Source: Epiperipatus broadwayi (lineage: Eukaryota; Animalia; Onychophora). Taken from it: a stretch of DNA of 64,000 nt. Location of the stretch: the NCBI GenBank assembly GCA_028023455.1, contig JAQFVV010000003.1, positions 18,166,001 through 18,230,000 on the forward strand, given 5' to 3'. Position numbers and translations under genes: made by a program. A model generated the notes under the pieces. That model searched no databases, was not told where the DNA came from, and saw only the letters and a list, made by a program, of their open reading frames with translations. Positions 61,661 to 64,000 of the stretch are shown piece after piece (the stretch's first letter is position 1; the number at the start of each line of letters is the position of its first letter).

Positions 61661-62264
61661 AAATCAGCAATTTACATAATTTATGGTTCCAATTAAATTT
61701 CACAAAGCTTGCTGCAGTTCATGAGTGCTATGTTTTGGCTTTACCAACCGAAAGTGTGATCAGCATGTCTTAGGAAATCAACATAGAACAATCATTTCTT
61801 AAACCAATCTTCAAAATGTTTGTGTACTATTATTACAAAAAGCTGTTAAGTAGATCAGACATTCAACAAATAGTTTAACTACCTAAGACTCATTTCAAAT
61901 CAAGATACTTTTTTTTTGGATGTTCAAGTATCTACAATCAAAGAATTGTGGCATAAAAATGAACTTCAGCAGTTCCAAATTTCTTTTTCCAGATCCAACT
62001 CTAATGGCTAATGATTTGATCTTTTAGATATTACCGCAGTCTCATCATTTCATATGTGGATTTTAACAGACACATACCTGCATAAATGTGTGCAAACATA
62101 AACCATGAAATAATAATTGTCAAATCTAAGGTTACAATGGCAGAATTGGAGAACTTAATAAAGTCATTAGTGATTAATATTGGTATTTGTTACTTAGCCG
62201 GGCTTGGTCGCTTGATGGCGTTGTTGCCAGTCCAAAACAATACAATGCAACATTACCAGGCCAT

Positions 62265-62470
62265 GATTTTTAAAAATACAACGATTTTTGTTTTGGTTAT
62301 ACGGCGATTTCACAACTTTATTTTTGGCTATACGGTTAATTTTTTTTATCTTAATTGCGACTTTTTTTGGCCTATACGGTGATTTTTTTATTTGGCTATA
62401 TGGCAACTTTTTATTTGCCTTTATTTGTATTATGCGATTTCTATTTAGCGATTTTTTAAAAACAACTTTT
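62265..62470 (+). repeat. CpG-retaining short repeat array, motif TTTGGCTATACGGCGATTT
   Basis: Four diverged copies at ~62291, 62321, 62365 and 62391, bracketed by gatttttaaaaa(t)acaac direct repeats. Confidence 0.6.
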
Positions 62471-64000
62471 ACTATTAAACCAACTAAGTAATAAGTACCT
62501 TAATATCTCCTAATGAAATAAAGTATTTTATGATTTAACTTAAGTACATTTCTATCACTTACATGCTATTAACAAATTTGCAATCAATTCTCAGTTGTTT
62601 GTTATTTTGTGAATTACTTTTACAAGTAATCCTATTTTATTTAGACAATTCATTTCAAATATAAAATAGTTTTATATAGAAGAATGAATGTTACATAAAA
62701 ATGTATTTGAAGCCAAAAATGATTTTAATTTAGACCATTTTACTAACCATGCAATTAATCATGGTCATAGATGCTTCTGGGAACAAGTTCTTGAATTATG
62801 ATTCATTCTAATTAATTACCAATTGTATTTGATATGCATTTTTTCTGGATGTGATGTGTATGATATCAACAATGATCCTACTCATTAGTATAGATCCAAG
62901 ATTGATACAGAAAGATTGATTCTTAATCTACCGCACTTATCCTTTTTTGGTGAAGAGGAAAATCAGAATTAGTCTTTTTGTTATTCATCTATTGCTGATA
63001 GGATACATTTCTTTTCTGGCTTCATTTAAGGCAGTAATATCATGGACTGCAAATGATCATAATATTTCTGCAGGGTCTTCATTCTGGAAACAAATTAATG
63101 TATAAATAAAAATTACAATTAAATATATAAATTTTGAAAATAATGGTTTGAATTACCAAGTTTTATTCAAATAAATACATTTTAATAGAAAAATGTGTGC
63201 TGAATTGAAGCACATATAATTGCTATAGTCATGTAAATGTGGTAAATTTTGTTATAGTTCACTTTTTGTCACATATTAACCTTTAAAACAATTTTAGTGA
63301 AATATTAGTGATTTAAGAGTAAATGAAATCTTATTTTTCTTTTCTAATATGAGGTTGAGTTTCAAAGGATGACTTATAAAGAAGCTTGGAATGAGTTAAA
63401 TCAAATTTGATACTTGGAGATTTATGATCCAAAAAAAACATCAAATAAGAATAAAATAATAAAAATTTTGCATTGTAAATTTTTACAATTGGTTATATTT
63501 AAAAGTTATATAATGCTTATGTGTGTACTTATGTATATGAAATTGAATTAAAATATTAAACCACACTCCCACAAGCCTTGAATAAATAATTCTCATGTCA
63601 GCAAACGATAAAAAATATAATGTATATAAATAAACATATTCCACACCATTTATTATTAGTGATTATAAATCATTATTAGCCAAACCTTTAAATTCCAATA
63701 ACCTTTTTAAAAAAAAAATCATAGACTTCTTATATGTGTGTGTTTTATGTACATACATGTGAGATAATCAGTTACTGGGTTTAATAAATAATTCTAAAAG
63801 TAAAATAGCCTTTAAATAATTTCTCTTAATAGAAGGCAGTATTCATCAAGTTTTCCAGTTGTTGGATGTTGAGGATTTGAACAATTTGCCATTCTTGTTT
63901 TACCATCTAGCTATGAACCAACTATCTAAAAGCAAAACCCAAACCTGCTGAAAAAATTTTCACATTTACTAGGCTCATATCTGAACCTAGGCCATTGGAA

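Noticed and set aside
61700-62100. Minus-strand transposase fragment (..LSVGKAKT..)
   Set aside because: A single weak motif amid stops; insufficient support.
62291-62410. CRISPR-like array
   Set aside because: The repeats are short and diverged, the spacers are low-complexity and unequal, the context is eukaryotic, and there are no cas genes.
62890-63950. Possible minus-strand host exons (acceptors near 63085 and 63947)
   Set aside because: All frames meet stops quickly, no convincing donor was found and no protein family was recognised.

Overview
Very AT-rich, CpG-poor eukaryotic DNA (probably an invertebrate; inference) that looks intergenic or intronic. No host protein-coding gene could be supported. 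The window is a graveyard of partly nested transposons: several RTE LINE copies, an esterase-ORF1 LINE, a CR1/L2-like LINE relic, a Buster/Charlie-type hAT with intact ends, a hAT MITE, a Merlin element, a pogo-like MITE, a Penelope-type GIY-YIG remnant, and an ORF1-only poly(A) retroelement bounded by a 14-bp TSD. The most striking signal is outside the ORF track: about 11 minimal type I hammerhead ribozyme motifs from 3-4 sequence families. They sit in non-coding foldback (inverted-duplication) insertions. Three of these insertions have 14-17 bp target-site duplications, and two show tandem periods of about 335 and 369 nt. This fits non-autonomous Penelope-associated, retrozyme-like retroelements. 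The class is known; these families and their recurrent head-to-head architecture may not be described. All alignments and translations were done by eye, so the boundaries of degenerate elements are approximate.
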